Source of the DNA: Planctomycetota bacterium
GTDB taxonomy: Bacteria; Planctomycetota; SZUA-567; H5-PLA8
Reading direction: 5' to 3'
Length of the DNA: 64,000 nt
Assembly (NCBI GenBank): GCA_038227875.1
Contig: JBBRPR010000009.1
Span: forward strand, 32,001 to 96,000
Every line of letters starts with the position of its first letter. Position 1 is the first letter of the stretch. Below the pieces are notes generated by a model, which worked only from the letters and a program-made list of their open reading frames with translations, ran no database searches and was not told the DNA's origin. The translations under genes and the position numbers were made by a program. Shown piece after piece: positions 33,377 to 43,157 of the stretch.

Positions 33377-34198
33377 ATGCCCACGCCGCTTCCTGCCAGT
33401 CCGCAATTGACTCTGATCGGTGAGCGCATCAACACGCACCGCGAGAGCCTTCGTGTCAAAGTATTCGAACGCGACACGGCGGCGGTGCTCGAGGAGATGC
33501 GCAAGCAGCAGCGCGTCAATGTCACGCACCTGGACGTGAACGCGGGCGGCAGTCCGAGCAAGGAGAGCGACGACCTGCTCTGGATTCTGGAATCGATCCT
33601 GCCCGAGCTCGACGCGAAAACGGGGCTCGTGCTCGACTCCACCTCGGCCGAATGCCTTTCTCGCGCGCTCTTCCGGATCCAAGGTCGCCCCGGAACGATC
33701 ATCAATGCAATTACCAATGACGCCGACAAGTTGAAAGCGATCCTGCCGCTGGTTCAGCAGCATCGCACCAGCGTCGTGGCGCTCTGCGGCAGCGCCAAGG
33801 CCTCACCGCGGACGATGGAAGAACGCCTCAGCGCCGCCGAGCAACTCCACAGCGCGCTGAGCCTCGGTGGCATCGCCGATGAGCAGATTTACTTCGACCC
33901 TTTGATTCTTCCCTTGGCGCATGATCCGCAGCAGCCCTCGGCAGTGCTTGCGACCGTGCGCGAACTGCGCCGCCGCTGGCCCCGCGCGCACACGCTGGTG
34001 GGCGTGTCGAACATTTCGTTCAACATGCCCAAACGCTCGCTGCTCAACCGCACGTTCCTGGCGATGTTGCTGGCGAGCGGCGTCGACTCCGTGCTCTTCG
34101 ATCCCTGCGACGCGGAATCCGCCAGCACTCTGATCGCCGCCCGCGCGCTCCTCGGCCAGGATGACTTCCTGACCGACTACCTCTCACACGCGACGTGA
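33377..34198 (+). CDS. pterin-binding methyltransferase (AcsE/MetH folate-domain-like)
   Basis: 'IGERIN', 'LDVNAG', 'LDS', 'IINAI', 'FDPL', 'GVSNISF'. Confidence 0.85.
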   Translation: MPTPLPASPQLTLIGERINTHRESLRVKVFERDTAAVLEEMRKQQRVNVTHLDVNAGGSPSKESDDLLWILESILPELDAKTGLVLDSTSAECLSRALFRIQGRPGTIINAITNDADKLKAILPLVQQHRTSVVALCGSAKASPRTMEERLSAAEQLHSALSLGGIADEQIYFDPLILPLAHDPQQPSAVLATVRELRRRWPRAHTLVGVSNISFNMPKRSLLNRTFLAMLLASGVDSVLFDPCDAESASTLIAARALLGQDDFLTDYLSHAT

Positions 34199-34235
34199 TG
34201 CTTTTTAACCATGTGACCAATTGGTCCTAAGGTCC

Positions 34236-35795
34236 CTACATCTTGCCCGCTAATTCCAGCGCCTTGTCGATGCGGCGCAAGCTTTCCTGCTGGCCGAGGA
34301 CATGCAGCGTGTCGTGAATGGGCGGACTCACGGTCGTGCCACTCAGCGCGACGCGGATGGGCTGGGCGATGATGCCGAGCTTCAACTGCCGCTGCTCGGC
34401 GAAGCCCTTGACCAGGCCGTCGAGCGCCGGGCCGGACCACTCTTCGATCTTGGCGAGTTGGTCGCGGACTTCCTTGAGCAGCGCCAGGCCATCGTTCTTT
34501 TTGAGAACCTTTTCGACGGCCTTGGGGTCGAGCGCCTCGGGTGCTTTGAAAAACAGCGCGACGTTCTCGGCCAGTTGCTTCAGCGTCTTGGAGCGTTCCT
34601 GTTCCATGCCGATCACGTCCATCAGCCAGCCGCGGGAATGCTGGGTCAGGTCGTAGTCCTTCTTCTGCAGAAACGGCGTCGCGCGTTTCAGCAGTTCTTC
34701 GCGCGAGAGCTTCTTCAGGTACTCGCCGTTGATCCATTCGAGCTTCGAGCCGACCATGCACTCGGACAGCCATTCGACGATCTGACTCTCAACTTCAGGA
34801 TCGGTTGTCGCGCCGCCCGCTGAAACCGGCGGCGGTCGCTTGCGCGAGAGCGTAAATTGCGCCGCAGCACTCTTGATGCGCTCGAAGGAGAATTCGCGGA
34901 TGATCTCGTCGAGCGGCATGATTTCGCGGCCGTCGCCCGGCGACCAGCCCAGCAGCGCTTCAAAATTGATCAACGCCTCGGGGAGAATGCCGCACGCCTG
35001 GTAAAGCGTGATCGCGACCGGATCGCGGCGCTTGCTGATCTTCTTTCCTTCTTCGTTGAAGATCATCGGCAAGTGCGCGAAGACGGGAATCTTCTGATCC
35101 CACGCTTCGTAGATGAAGATCTGGCGGAACGTGTTTTCGACATGGTCGTCGCCGCGAATGACGTGACTGATCTTCATGTCGACGTCGTCGACCACACAGG
35201 CGAAGTTGTAGACCGGCATGCCGTTGCTGCGCAGGATGACGAAATCGCGCGTTGAGCCGTCTTCTTCCTGATAAGTTTCCGCCGGCTTCGATAGATCGCC
35301 TTTCACCGCGTCGTGAAACGTGATCTCTTTACGCTCTTTGAGATTCACTTTTAAATACAGTGCGGGATTGGGATCCTGAGCGGCCTGCGCCTTCTCGTCA
35401 TCCCACTTGCCTTGTTTCTTGAGCTTCTCGATTTTCCAATCGGGCAGGGGGCCACCGGCATCCTTTTTGGCCCAATACGCCTTGCCGGATTTCTCCAACT
35501 CCGCGGCGACCTGCTTGTAGCGGTCCATGCGCTGGCTCTGATAGTAAGGCGCGTAGGGTCCGCCAATATCCGGGCCTTCGTCCCAGTTCATGCCGGACCA
35601 CTTCATCCCGTCCATGATGATCTGGGTGCCTTCTTCCTTATTGCGCTGAATGTCGGTGTCCTCAATGCGCAGAATGAATTTGCCCTGCGTTTTGCGCGCG
35701 TAGAGCCAGTTGAACAGAGCGGTGCGGACGCCGCCGACGTGGAGGTAGCCGGTCGGACTGGGCGCGAAACGGACGCGGACGGATGAATTGCTCAT
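34236..35795 (-). CDS. gltX: glutamate--tRNA ligase
   Basis: 'RVRFAPSPTGYLHVGG', 'LRIEDTD', 'IRGDDH', 'KKISKR'. Confidence 0.95.
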   Translation of the reverse strand: MSNSSVRVRFAPSPTGYLHVGGVRTALFNWLYARKTQGKFILRIEDTDIQRNKEEGTQIIMDGMKWSGMNWDEGPDIGGPYAPYYQSQRMDRYKQVAAELEKSGKAYWAKKDAGGPLPDWKIEKLKKQGKWDDEKAQAAQDPNPALYLKVNLKERKEITFHDAVKGDLSKPAETYQEEDGSTRDFVILRSNGMPVYNFACVVDDVDMKISHVIRGDDHVENTFRQIFIYEAWDQKIPVFAHLPMIFNEEGKKISKRRDPVAITLYQACGILPEALINFEALLGWSPGDGREIMPLDEIIREFSFERIKSAAAQFTLSRKRPPPVSAGGATTDPEVESQIVEWLSECMVGSKLEWINGEYLKKLSREELLKRATPFLQKKDYDLTQHSRGWLMDVIGMEQERSKTLKQLAENVALFFKAPEALDPKAVEKVLKKNDGLALLKEVRDQLAKIEEWSGPALDGLVKGFAEQRQLKLGIIAQPIRVALSGTTVSPPIHDTLHVLGQQESLRRIDKALELAGKM

Positions 35796-35924
35796 GTTGA
35801 GTTAAAGCTCGACTTGTGGCCGAAGCTTAATTTCCTTTCTAGTGTGAAATGTTCAAAGAACATTTTCCATTTTCGGAAGCGGAGTGCAATGTCAGTCCGA
35901 AGAACACGACTTCAGCGCCTGCGC

Positions 35925-35962
35925 AATTGAAAATCGAAAATCACCAATCGAAATTGGAAAAT
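35925..35962. repeat. heptamer tandem repeat (AATCGAA-like, 5 units)
   Basis: aattgaa aatcgaa aatcacc aatcgaa attggaa. Confidence 0.55.
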
Positions 35963-35972
35963 ATCCGTTCCA

Positions 35973-36830
35973 TTACGTGGCATGCTGATTCCCGCGCTTC
36001 GCTTTCACCCAGCCTGCCCAGTGTAGTTTGTCGCGAATGATTTCGTAGCGGCCTTTCTTGCCGATGGTAACGAGATTGAATTCGTGCGGCGCGCGGGCGA
36101 TGCGCACTGACATGCCGCTCTTCAACGCGACGCTGGTCTGGCCGTCCATCACGAGCTGAATCGGCGCGCCGTTGCGTGATTCGGCGGCAATGGTCAGGTG
36201 TTCGTCGCCGGCCAGCACGATTGGGCGGTTGGCCAGCGTGTGCGGGCAGACAGGCGTCACGATCATTGCCTTCAACCGTTCGCTTAAGATCGGCCCGCCA
36301 GCGGAAAGGCTGTACCCTGTCGATCCCGTCGCGGTGGAGACGATCAGTCCGTCGCCCTTGTACTGCGCCACTTCTTCGCCGGAGACCGTGACGCGCACGC
36401 CGATCGTGGAGGACATGGGCTGGCGGAGAATCACGGCGTCGTTGAGGGCCGTGAAGCGCTCGGGTTTGCGCGAGGGAACATCGACCTGGAGCATCATGCG
36501 TGGCGAGAGCACGCAGTCGCCGCCCAGCACGCACGGCAGCGTGTTCTTGAGATCTTCCGGCGCGGTTTCCGCGAGGAAGCCGAGTTGACCCATGTTCACG
36601 CCGAATACCGGCACGGGATTGCCGTGCAGCCGCCGCGCGACGGACAGGATGCTGCCGTCGCCGCCGAAGACGAGCACCAGGTCGGCGCGGATATCGGTGA
36701 GATCGGTCGTGTCATCCTTGACAATCTTGACGACCGTCGCGATTTTGCGCAGCCACGGCAGCAGGCGATTGAGAATCGCCACGACGCCAGGCTTTCGCTT
36801 CGGATTTGCCACTACGTAAATGCGGGCCAT
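35973..36830 (-). CDS. nadK: NAD(+) kinase
   Basis: 'GGDGS', 'GQLGFL', 'ALND', 'DGLIVSTATGSTGYSLSAGGP'. Confidence 0.93.
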   Translation of the reverse strand: MARIYVVANPKRKPGVVAILNRLLPWLRKIATVVKIVKDDTTDLTDIRADLVLVFGGDGSILSVARRLHGNPVPVFGVNMGQLGFLAETAPEDLKNTLPCVLGGDCVLSPRMMLQVDVPSRKPERFTALNDAVILRQPMSSTIGVRVTVSGEEVAQYKGDGLIVSTATGSTGYSLSAGGPILSERLKAMIVTPVCPHTLANRPIVLAGDEHLTIAAESRNGAPIQLVMDGQTSVALKSGMSVRIARAPHEFNLVTIGKKGRYEIIRDKLHWAGWVKAKRGNQHAT

Positions 36831-36939
36831 TGTGAGAATCAAAAATACCACAGCTGGAGCCAAAATGCCAACGGAACGGGGCTGCGCAGCGGCTGGCAGT
36901 GATTACAATCAGGGAATTCACGGCTTGGAGAATTGGGAC

Positions 36940-37422
36940 ATGACCGACACGCCTCCGCAGCAAAGCTGGATCGCGCGCAACCCACTGAAATTTGTGATTG
37001 GATGTGTGGGAGCCTTGGTTGTGGTTACGATGTCGTTATCGATTGGCATCATTTGTTTTGTACTTTACGTCATGAAGGCCAGTGATGCGTTTCAACTTTC
37101 CTTGAAGCAGGTCCAGGCGGACAGTCGAGTGCAGGCCGAGTTGGGCGCCCCGATCAAAGACGGCTGGTATGTGTTGGGCAATATCAATACAGGTGGCGAC
37201 GGTGGCAATGCGAATATTTATTATCCCATTTCCGGATCAAAAGGTTCTGGCACCGTTCAGGTTCAGGCGACTAAAAATATGGGAACATGGAGTTTTCAAA
37301 AATTGGTTGTGACGGTGGACGGCCAGAAAACTGTCGTAACGTTGATTCCAGCTGGAAGCACGACCGGACCCGACAAACTCACGCCGGAAAAGCCAACTGA
37401 GACTGACGGTGAGAATCCGTGA
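36940..37422 (+). CDS. Coa1-like membrane-anchored protein
   Basis: One TM; 'VQAELGAPIKDGW..GNINT...PISGSKGSGTV'. Confidence 0.65.
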   Translation: MTDTPPQQSWIARNPLKFVIGCVGALVVVTMSLSIGIICFVLYVMKASDAFQLSLKQVQADSRVQAELGAPIKDGWYVLGNINTGGDGGNANIYYPISGSKGSGTVQVQATKNMGTWSFQKLVVTVDGQKTVVTLIPAGSTTGPDKLTPEKPTETDGENP

Positions 37423-37448
37423 CAGCGGCGCTGTCCAAATGACACGGC

Positions 37449-38021
37449 CTACTTCGTCTCTTCAAAATTCGCAACGGGTTCATTCTTCGCCGGATCGCCA
37501 CGCGAGAACAGGTCGTAGCCTTTCGAATTGCGCGGCTTGCCGTCCGTTCGGATGTCGTCGGCGCCGTAGGAGGTGAAGCCATTCGGCGTGGATTTGTCGT
37601 CGCGGATATTGTCGTATTGAATGGGATTGCCCCAAGCATCGACGATCGCGACGCTTCCGGTGGGCATCGTGACTAGCTTGTGTGGAGCGAGGTCGAGGTA
37701 AGGTCCCGTATCTTTTGTGGCCCAAATCTCGCCTTTCGTCGGCAATTTCCGAAAACTCATTGTGAGGTAATATTTAAGCGCGCTGGAACTTTTTTGCCCC
37801 GCTGGTCCCACGTCTGGCGGGTATTCACCCCAATCGAACTCGTAAGCGTCACAGGCAATTTCGATATCTTTTAGAAGAGCATAGGATGCGGAGATTCTAT
37901 GGCTATGCTTGCCGACTATAAGGCGCCAGAGTTCTATACTACAGGCAAGAAGAACGCCGGCCGCCAGGGTCAGCAGAATCAGTCCTCGCAGAGAGAGTTG
38001 GAATGGCCGCGTCGTCGGCAT
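37449..38021 (-). CDS. GspG-like pseudopilin-domain protein with planctomycete-type N-terminus
   Basis: 'FQLSLRGLILL' N-terminus; 'AYEFDWGEYP', 'GPYL', 'DAWGNPIQY', 'YDLFSRG'. Confidence 0.7.
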   Translation of the reverse strand: MPTTRPFQLSLRGLILLTLAAGVLLACSIELWRLIVGKHSHRISASYALLKDIEIACDAYEFDWGEYPPDVGPAGQKSSSALKYYLTMSFRKLPTKGEIWATKDTGPYLDLAPHKLVTMPTGSVAIVDAWGNPIQYDNIRDDKSTPNGFTSYGADDIRTDGKPRNSKGYDLFSRGDPAKNEPVANFEETK

Positions 38022-38056
38022 ATCGTTCTATGCCCTTTCTCGTTGACATCGACTTG

Positions 38057-38515
38057 CTACAACGTCGTCCACATTTCCCACGACCGTTCGTAACCCAGCT
38101 TTTTATAAACGCCGCGTCCCATTTTCGATGCATGCAGCGACACTCTCGGGTAACCGCGCTCCTTGCACCAGGCGTGAGCGGCCTTCACGATCCGCGTCGC
38201 GATGCCGCGGCCGCGGAATTTGTGCTCGGTGAACATGGAGAGCAAGTATGGCACTTCCACGCGCTTCAGGCCGGGCTTCGGTTGGCGATCTTGAAGCCAG
38301 ACGCAGCCGCTGGCGACGGGCTTGCCATTCACTTCCGCGATGAACCCCGCGAACTCGCCGCGCCGCATGCGCACGCGCGCCCAGCGTTGGTAAACGCGAT
38401 CGTGGGCGTCGAGATCCTTGTCGTTCGTCGTACCCAGGTCCAGATACATGCCGCGCCGGTGTTGCGCGAGCAAGGGCAGATCGCGCACGGTCGCGAGTCG
38501 GATGCGGATCTTCAT
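38057..38515 (-). CDS. GNAT family N-acetyltransferase
   Basis: 'FRGRGIA' acetyl-CoA motif; 'LHASKMGRGVYKKLGY'. Confidence 0.9.
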   Translation of the reverse strand: MKIRIRLATVRDLPLLAQHRRGMYLDLGTTNDKDLDAHDRVYQRWARVRMRRGEFAGFIAEVNGKPVASGCVWLQDRQPKPGLKRVEVPYLLSMFTEHKFRGRGIATRIVKAAHAWCKERGYPRVSLHASKMGRGVYKKLGYERSWEMWTTL

Positions 38516-40179
38516 CGCTTCTTGCGCTTCTCGAAGTACGCGGTGATCTCGGCGAGCGTCAGGCAGTTGAGCACGCGGTTGGCCGGCACGCCGCCTTTGC
38601 GCGCGACGTTGACGCCGTACTTGACCAGATCGATTTCCGCGATGTCGTGCGCGTCTGGATTAATGCTGAGCATGCACCCCAGCTCCAGCGCGCGCTGATG
38701 CCAGCGCCAGTCGACGTCCAGGCGTGCGGTATGCGCGTTGATCTCCACGGCGACGCCGTGTTCGGCGCAGGCTTTCAAAATGGCGTCGATATCGAGCTCG
38801 TAGCCTTCGCGGCGCAGCAAAAGGCGGCCGGTCATGTGGCCGAGTATGGTGGTGCGCGGATTTTTGACGGCATTGATCAGGCGCTGCGTCTGACCTTCCT
38901 TGTTCAGCGTAAAGCGGCTGTGGATGCTGGCCACGATGAAGTCGAAGTGCATCAGAAAATCGTCGGCGTAATCGAGCTCGCCGTGCTCCAGAATGTCGGA
39001 CTCGATGCCCTTGAAGATGTGGAATTTCTTCTTGTCGTAACCCGCATTGAGTTCGTCGGTCATCTTCTGTTGTTCGAGAACGCGGTCTTCCTTCAAGCCG
39101 CGCGCGTATGCGGCGCTCTTGGAATGATCGGCGACGCCGTAGTATTCGTAGCCGCGCTTGCGCACGGCTTCGGCCATGTCGTGGAGGCTGCGCGTGCCGT
39201 CGGAGAAGACGGTATGGCTGTGAAGGATGCCGCGCAGATCGGTGAGCTCGACGAGCTTGGGCAGCGCCTTCTTTTCAGCGAGCTCGATTTCGCCGCGGCC
39301 TTCGCGGAGTTCGGGCGGAATTACCGGGAGCTTCAGCGCGGAGTAGACTTCAGCTTCGGTGGGGCAGGGGAGTTCAGTATCGCCCTTGAACAGTCCGCGC
39401 GGCGAGAGCAGCAGGCCCAGCTTTGAAGCGCGTGCGGCGAGCGCTTCGACGTGGGCGTCGGAGCCGGTGGCGTAAAGCAGCGTGACGCCGAAACGTTCCG
39501 GCGCGGAGACGCGCAGCGCGACGTCGGGCGGCAGGTCGTGAGTGGGCGGCGCCCCTTTGACACTCGCGGCAAGCACCAACTTCGTAACGACTTCGCAGCC
39601 GCGGCGGACATCGCCGGCGATCTCGACGGCCTCGTACGCGTCCGCTTCGCCCGATTCGCGTAGCAGGTCCTGCGCGTCGACCACGCGTGCTTCCGCGGCG
39701 TCGGCCAGCAGCGCGCCGGCGCTCTTGGTCCGCATCTCGAGGCCTTTGATGATCTTGGCTTCGAGCGCTTTGCCCAGGCCCTTGCACGCTGCGACCTGAC
39801 CGGACTTGCAGGCGGAAGCGAGTTCGTCGAGGGTGGTAATGCCCAGTGTCTTCCAGACGATCTCGATTTTCTTCACGCCCAGACCGGGAATTTCGAACAT
39901 CTCCAGCAAACCGGCCGGGTATTGTTCGCGTAGAAATTCGAGCGTGGGGTGCGATCCGGTTTTGTGCAGGCGGATGATTTTCTCGGCAATCGCTTCGCCG
40001 ACGCCGGGGATCGTTTTGATTTTGCCTTTGGCGATGAGGTAAGCCAGATCACCGGAGTGCGCGGCCAGATTTTCAGCAGCCGTGTAATACGCGCGCGCCT
40101 TGAACGTCTCTCCGGAGAGTTCCGTGCGCTTCCCGATTTCATTGAGCAGAACGGCGACGTCGTGCGCGTTGAGAGCCAT
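38512..40179 (-). CDS. polX: PolX-PHP protein (non-canonical polymerase site)
   Basis: HhH 'IPGVG' and 'IPGLGVKK'; 'YATGS', 'IPPELRE'; PHP 'HSHTVFSDG', 'DHS', 'PDAH'. Confidence 0.9.
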   Translation of the reverse strand: MALNAHDVAVLLNEIGKRTELSGETFKARAYYTAAENLAAHSGDLAYLIAKGKIKTIPGVGEAIAEKIIRLHKTGSHPTLEFLREQYPAGLLEMFEIPGLGVKKIEIVWKTLGITTLDELASACKSGQVAACKGLGKALEAKIIKGLEMRTKSAGALLADAAEARVVDAQDLLRESGEADAYEAVEIAGDVRRGCEVVTKLVLAASVKGAPPTHDLPPDVALRVSAPERFGVTLLYATGSDAHVEALAARASKLGLLLSPRGLFKGDTELPCPTEAEVYSALKLPVIPPELREGRGEIELAEKKALPKLVELTDLRGILHSHTVFSDGTRSLHDMAEAVRKRGYEYYGVADHSKSAAYARGLKEDRVLEQQKMTDELNAGYDKKKFHIFKGIESDILEHGELDYADDFLMHFDFIVASIHSRFTLNKEGQTQRLINAVKNPRTTILGHMTGRLLLRREGYELDIDAILKACAEHGVAVEINAHTARLDVDWRWHQRALELGCMLSINPDAHDIAEIDLVKYGVNVARKGGVPANRVLNCLTLAEITAYFEKRKKR

Positions 40180-40193
40180 GAGTCCTCACAGAA

Positions 40194-40294
40194 AGTTTTG
40201 AGTTTTGAGTTTTGAGTTTTTAGTTTTGAGTTGCGTTGCGTAATGCCATGCCGAGTTTGTTCAACTCAAAACTCAAACCTGAAAACTCATAACT
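40194..40294. repeat. inverted pair of AGTTTTG heptamer arrays
   Basis: (AGTTTTG)x5 plus a partial unit at 40194-40233; complementary CAAAACT-like array at 40262-40294. Confidence 0.8.
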
Positions 40295-40301
40295 GCCTCA
40301 C

Positions 40302-42899
40302 CTACGTTGGCATGGAAACATAGAACTTCTGCCTGCCGATGACCAGGAAAATCAGGTGCGGGAACAGCGGTGCCCAGAGCGGCAGCAGCAGCGACTTGGC
40401 GCCTTCTTCAAAGAGGATATTTAACACCCAGTACGCCAGCGCGGCGAGAATGCTATAGCCGATGCCGGCCAGCGGTCCGCGGGTTTCATCCAGCAGCATC
40501 GGAATCGCAGTCCACAGCAGCAGCAGGCCCATCAATACTTCCGAGACGCGGCGCCACCAGTCGACGGCGAACTTGGATTTGATGCCACTGGCTTCGTTCA
40601 ATTCACTCAACCGCATCACGCCGGAGCCCAGGCGTTCGCTTTCGAGAAACGAAGGCGTGACCGTGCCGCTCCAGACCGCGAGGGGCGTCTTGGTGTTGCG
40701 CACCTGCACGACCTCGTTGCTCGCTTCGTCGGCTTCGCCTTCCATCTCCGGATTGATGTAGAAGCCGTGTTCGATCAGCGGCAGTACCTTGGTGACTTTG
40801 TTGTTCTGCTTGTGTTTCTGCGCTTCCAAGGCCTTGTTGGGATCGGTCTGCAGCCGCCAGCCCGTGCCGTTCCAGGAGGCGATATCGGCGACGATGCTGG
40901 GAATGCGCTTGCCCGATGGATCGAGGAGGAAGACGCGCAGGTCTTTTCCAGACTGTGAGGCTGACGTGTACTCGCTCATTTCAAAGACGACGGGATGCTT
41001 GTCGGCGTCTACGGTGTACAGCGCAATCGCGTTGGGCGAGGGCGTGCGATGATAAACCAGCGGCTTGAGATAATCGCGTTGCATGAGCAGCTGTGGCATG
41101 ACCGTTTCGCGCACGAGCGTGACGGCAGCAGAGAAGAGCAGCGTGAGAATCATGACTGGCCGAAACGCACGCTGGAGCGGCAGCCCGGCGGATTTCATGA
41201 TTAGATGCTCGTTGTTGCGGATCAGCACAAAGACGCAAAGCAATCCGGCCACCAGGATGACCAGCGGCAATAGGTCGCAGATCTGGCTCAGCGCACAGAT
41301 GCCGTAGTAGGAGACGGCGTCCACGATGGCTTGCGTACGCGCGCGCACCGGCACGCCCGGATTGGGATCGCCGGCCCTGACGATGCCTTCGACCACGTCG
41401 CCGCCGTGTTCGGCCAGATCGAACGCGGTGATGACCGAAACCAGTGTCAGCAGCACGATCAGGAGCGGCACGATGAACGATCCCGCCACGTAGCCGTCGG
41501 TCTTGCGGCGGAAGAGCAGCGCGCCGATACGGCGCAGGCCGATGATGGTATTCCAGATCATCAACGCGATATGGAGCAGATCTTCGCCGATCGTCGTCAG
41601 AATTGGCGGCAGTCCGCTCGATAGCGAACCGTGTTCGTACGTGAAGCACAGTGCGTATCCAGCAATGAACAGGAAGATATTGGGAAACCAGAGTGCGATC
41701 ATGCCGATCTTGCCGGCGAGGGCCATTTCTTTGCCAATCAGCATCATCGGGTAGTAGATCAGCGCGTAGATGACCAGTGAACTGAGCAATCCCACGAGGC
41801 GCTGGCTTTTTTTCACGAGCAGACCCAGTCCAATGCCGAGCATGGCCATGGTTAGCGGCATCAGGCTCATCGCGACCTTGCGCCAGCATTCGACGTTGTC
41901 GCTGTGTTCCTGATCGCGGGCGCCGCCGGAAGAGTAAATTGCGTCGGCAGAAATTCGCGTTTCGCTCCAGGTTCGCGCGTCCAGGAACGGTGCATCGGGC
42001 TGCGCATATCCGCCGCCGACGACGCACGCGGAGAAATCCGCGGCGCGGTCGAGCATGAACAGGTTGCGGCGCTTGTAGTTCTTACGGATGGTTACGGCGG
42101 CGTTGTAATTCTCCAGCCAGCCGATCTGCCCGCGCGATTTGCCCAGGTCGAGCATGCTGGCGATGGGTGGCTGCGGAATTTCCATGGTCACTTCGTCGAA
42201 ATACGCCGGCGAATCGCCCAGCCGCTGGGCCTTGGTCAGTGTCAGACGCAGGATGCTTTCGCCATCGCGGACCACCGGATCGTACGTGAAGTCACTGGCC
42301 AGCACCGTTTGCGCCACCTGCTGATTCTGGAAGATCGCGATGTGAATCGGGCGGTGTGACGTGTGAGTTTTAGGATCGGTGACCAACGGCAGACAATTGA
42401 TGTGGGCGGTTGCGCCGTTTTCAGACTGGAAGGACAGGCTGGCGCCGGGAGTACTCAGGATGTCGAAGAATTTCTTGGGATCGTTGACCTTGAGGATTTC
42501 ATTGCGGATCATCGAATTGCCCCACGCCAGTCCCCACTGGTTGTTGAACAAACAGAACAGGGACAGCAGCGCGCCGCTTAAAATCACCGGCACGGTCATC
42601 GCGCGCAGCGGTGCGCCGCCGGCCTGCGCGGCGAGCAACTCGTCGTCGGCGGACAGCCGGCTGAAGACCATGGTCGCGGAAATGAGCGTGGCCATGGGAA
42701 TCGACCAGCCCAGCGTTTTGGGAATCAGGAATGGAAAGAGCAGCGCGATCTTGCTGCCCTGGCTGTATTCGTTCTGAATCTGGAAAAGAGTGACGATGAG
42801 GATCATCATCGTGCAGGCGGCGACGGCGAGTGCGAAAATGATGATGAATTCGCGCAGGATGTAGCGCTGCAGCGTGCGGCCGCGGAAAATATTCAACAT
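40302..42899 (-). CDS. fused LptF/LptG LPS export permease
   Basis: Two YjgP/YjgQ halves: 'RYILREF...SRLSADDELLAAQAGG' and 'DGYVAGSF...LIRNNEHLIMKSAG'. Confidence 0.85.
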   Translation of the reverse strand: MLNIFRGRTLQRYILREFIIIFALAVAACTMMILIVTLFQIQNEYSQGSKIALLFPFLIPKTLGWSIPMATLISATMVFSRLSADDELLAAQAGGAPLRAMTVPVILSGALLSLFCLFNNQWGLAWGNSMIRNEILKVNDPKKFFDILSTPGASLSFQSENGATAHINCLPLVTDPKTHTSHRPIHIAIFQNQQVAQTVLASDFTYDPVVRDGESILRLTLTKAQRLGDSPAYFDEVTMEIPQPPIASMLDLGKSRGQIGWLENYNAAVTIRKNYKRRNLFMLDRAADFSACVVGGGYAQPDAPFLDARTWSETRISADAIYSSGGARDQEHSDNVECWRKVAMSLMPLTMAMLGIGLGLLVKKSQRLVGLLSSLVIYALIYYPMMLIGKEMALAGKIGMIALWFPNIFLFIAGYALCFTYEHGSLSSGLPPILTTIGEDLLHIALMIWNTIIGLRRIGALLFRRKTDGYVAGSFIVPLLIVLLTLVSVITAFDLAEHGGDVVEGIVRAGDPNPGVPVRARTQAIVDAVSYYGICALSQICDLLPLVILVAGLLCVFVLIRNNEHLIMKSAGLPLQRAFRPVMILTLLFSAAVTLVRETVMPQLLMQRDYLKPLVYHRTPSPNAIALYTVDADKHPVVFEMSEYTSASQSGKDLRVFLLDPSGKRIPSIVADIASWNGTGWRLQTDPNKALEAQKHKQNNKVTKVLPLIEHGFYINPEMEGEADEASNEVVQVRNTKTPLAVWSGTVTPSFLESERLGSGVMRLSELNEASGIKSKFAVDWWRRVSEVLMGLLLLWTAIPMLLDETRGPLAGIGYSILAALAYWVLNILFEEGAKSLLLPLWAPLFPHLIFLVIGRQKFYVSMPT

Positions 42900-43157
42900 G
42901 CGGCGGCAGTTCCGTTCCGGCGTGCGGAATGTAAGAAGCGCAAGTCGTTCATTCTGCCGCGGGGCATGCGAAAAAATCCAACCGTCATGAAGTTCATCAA
43001 GACCTGTTTTCCGACGGATTCTTGTACCGCATCAACCCTAAAATGGTACGTACTTTTCGACGTGAGGAATCAGGAACGTTGCGGGTTAGACGCGCGGTTT
43101 GATCGAGACTTCATAAGTGTCTTCTTTTACCACCCGGCAAATTTGCCGGGAGGCAGG

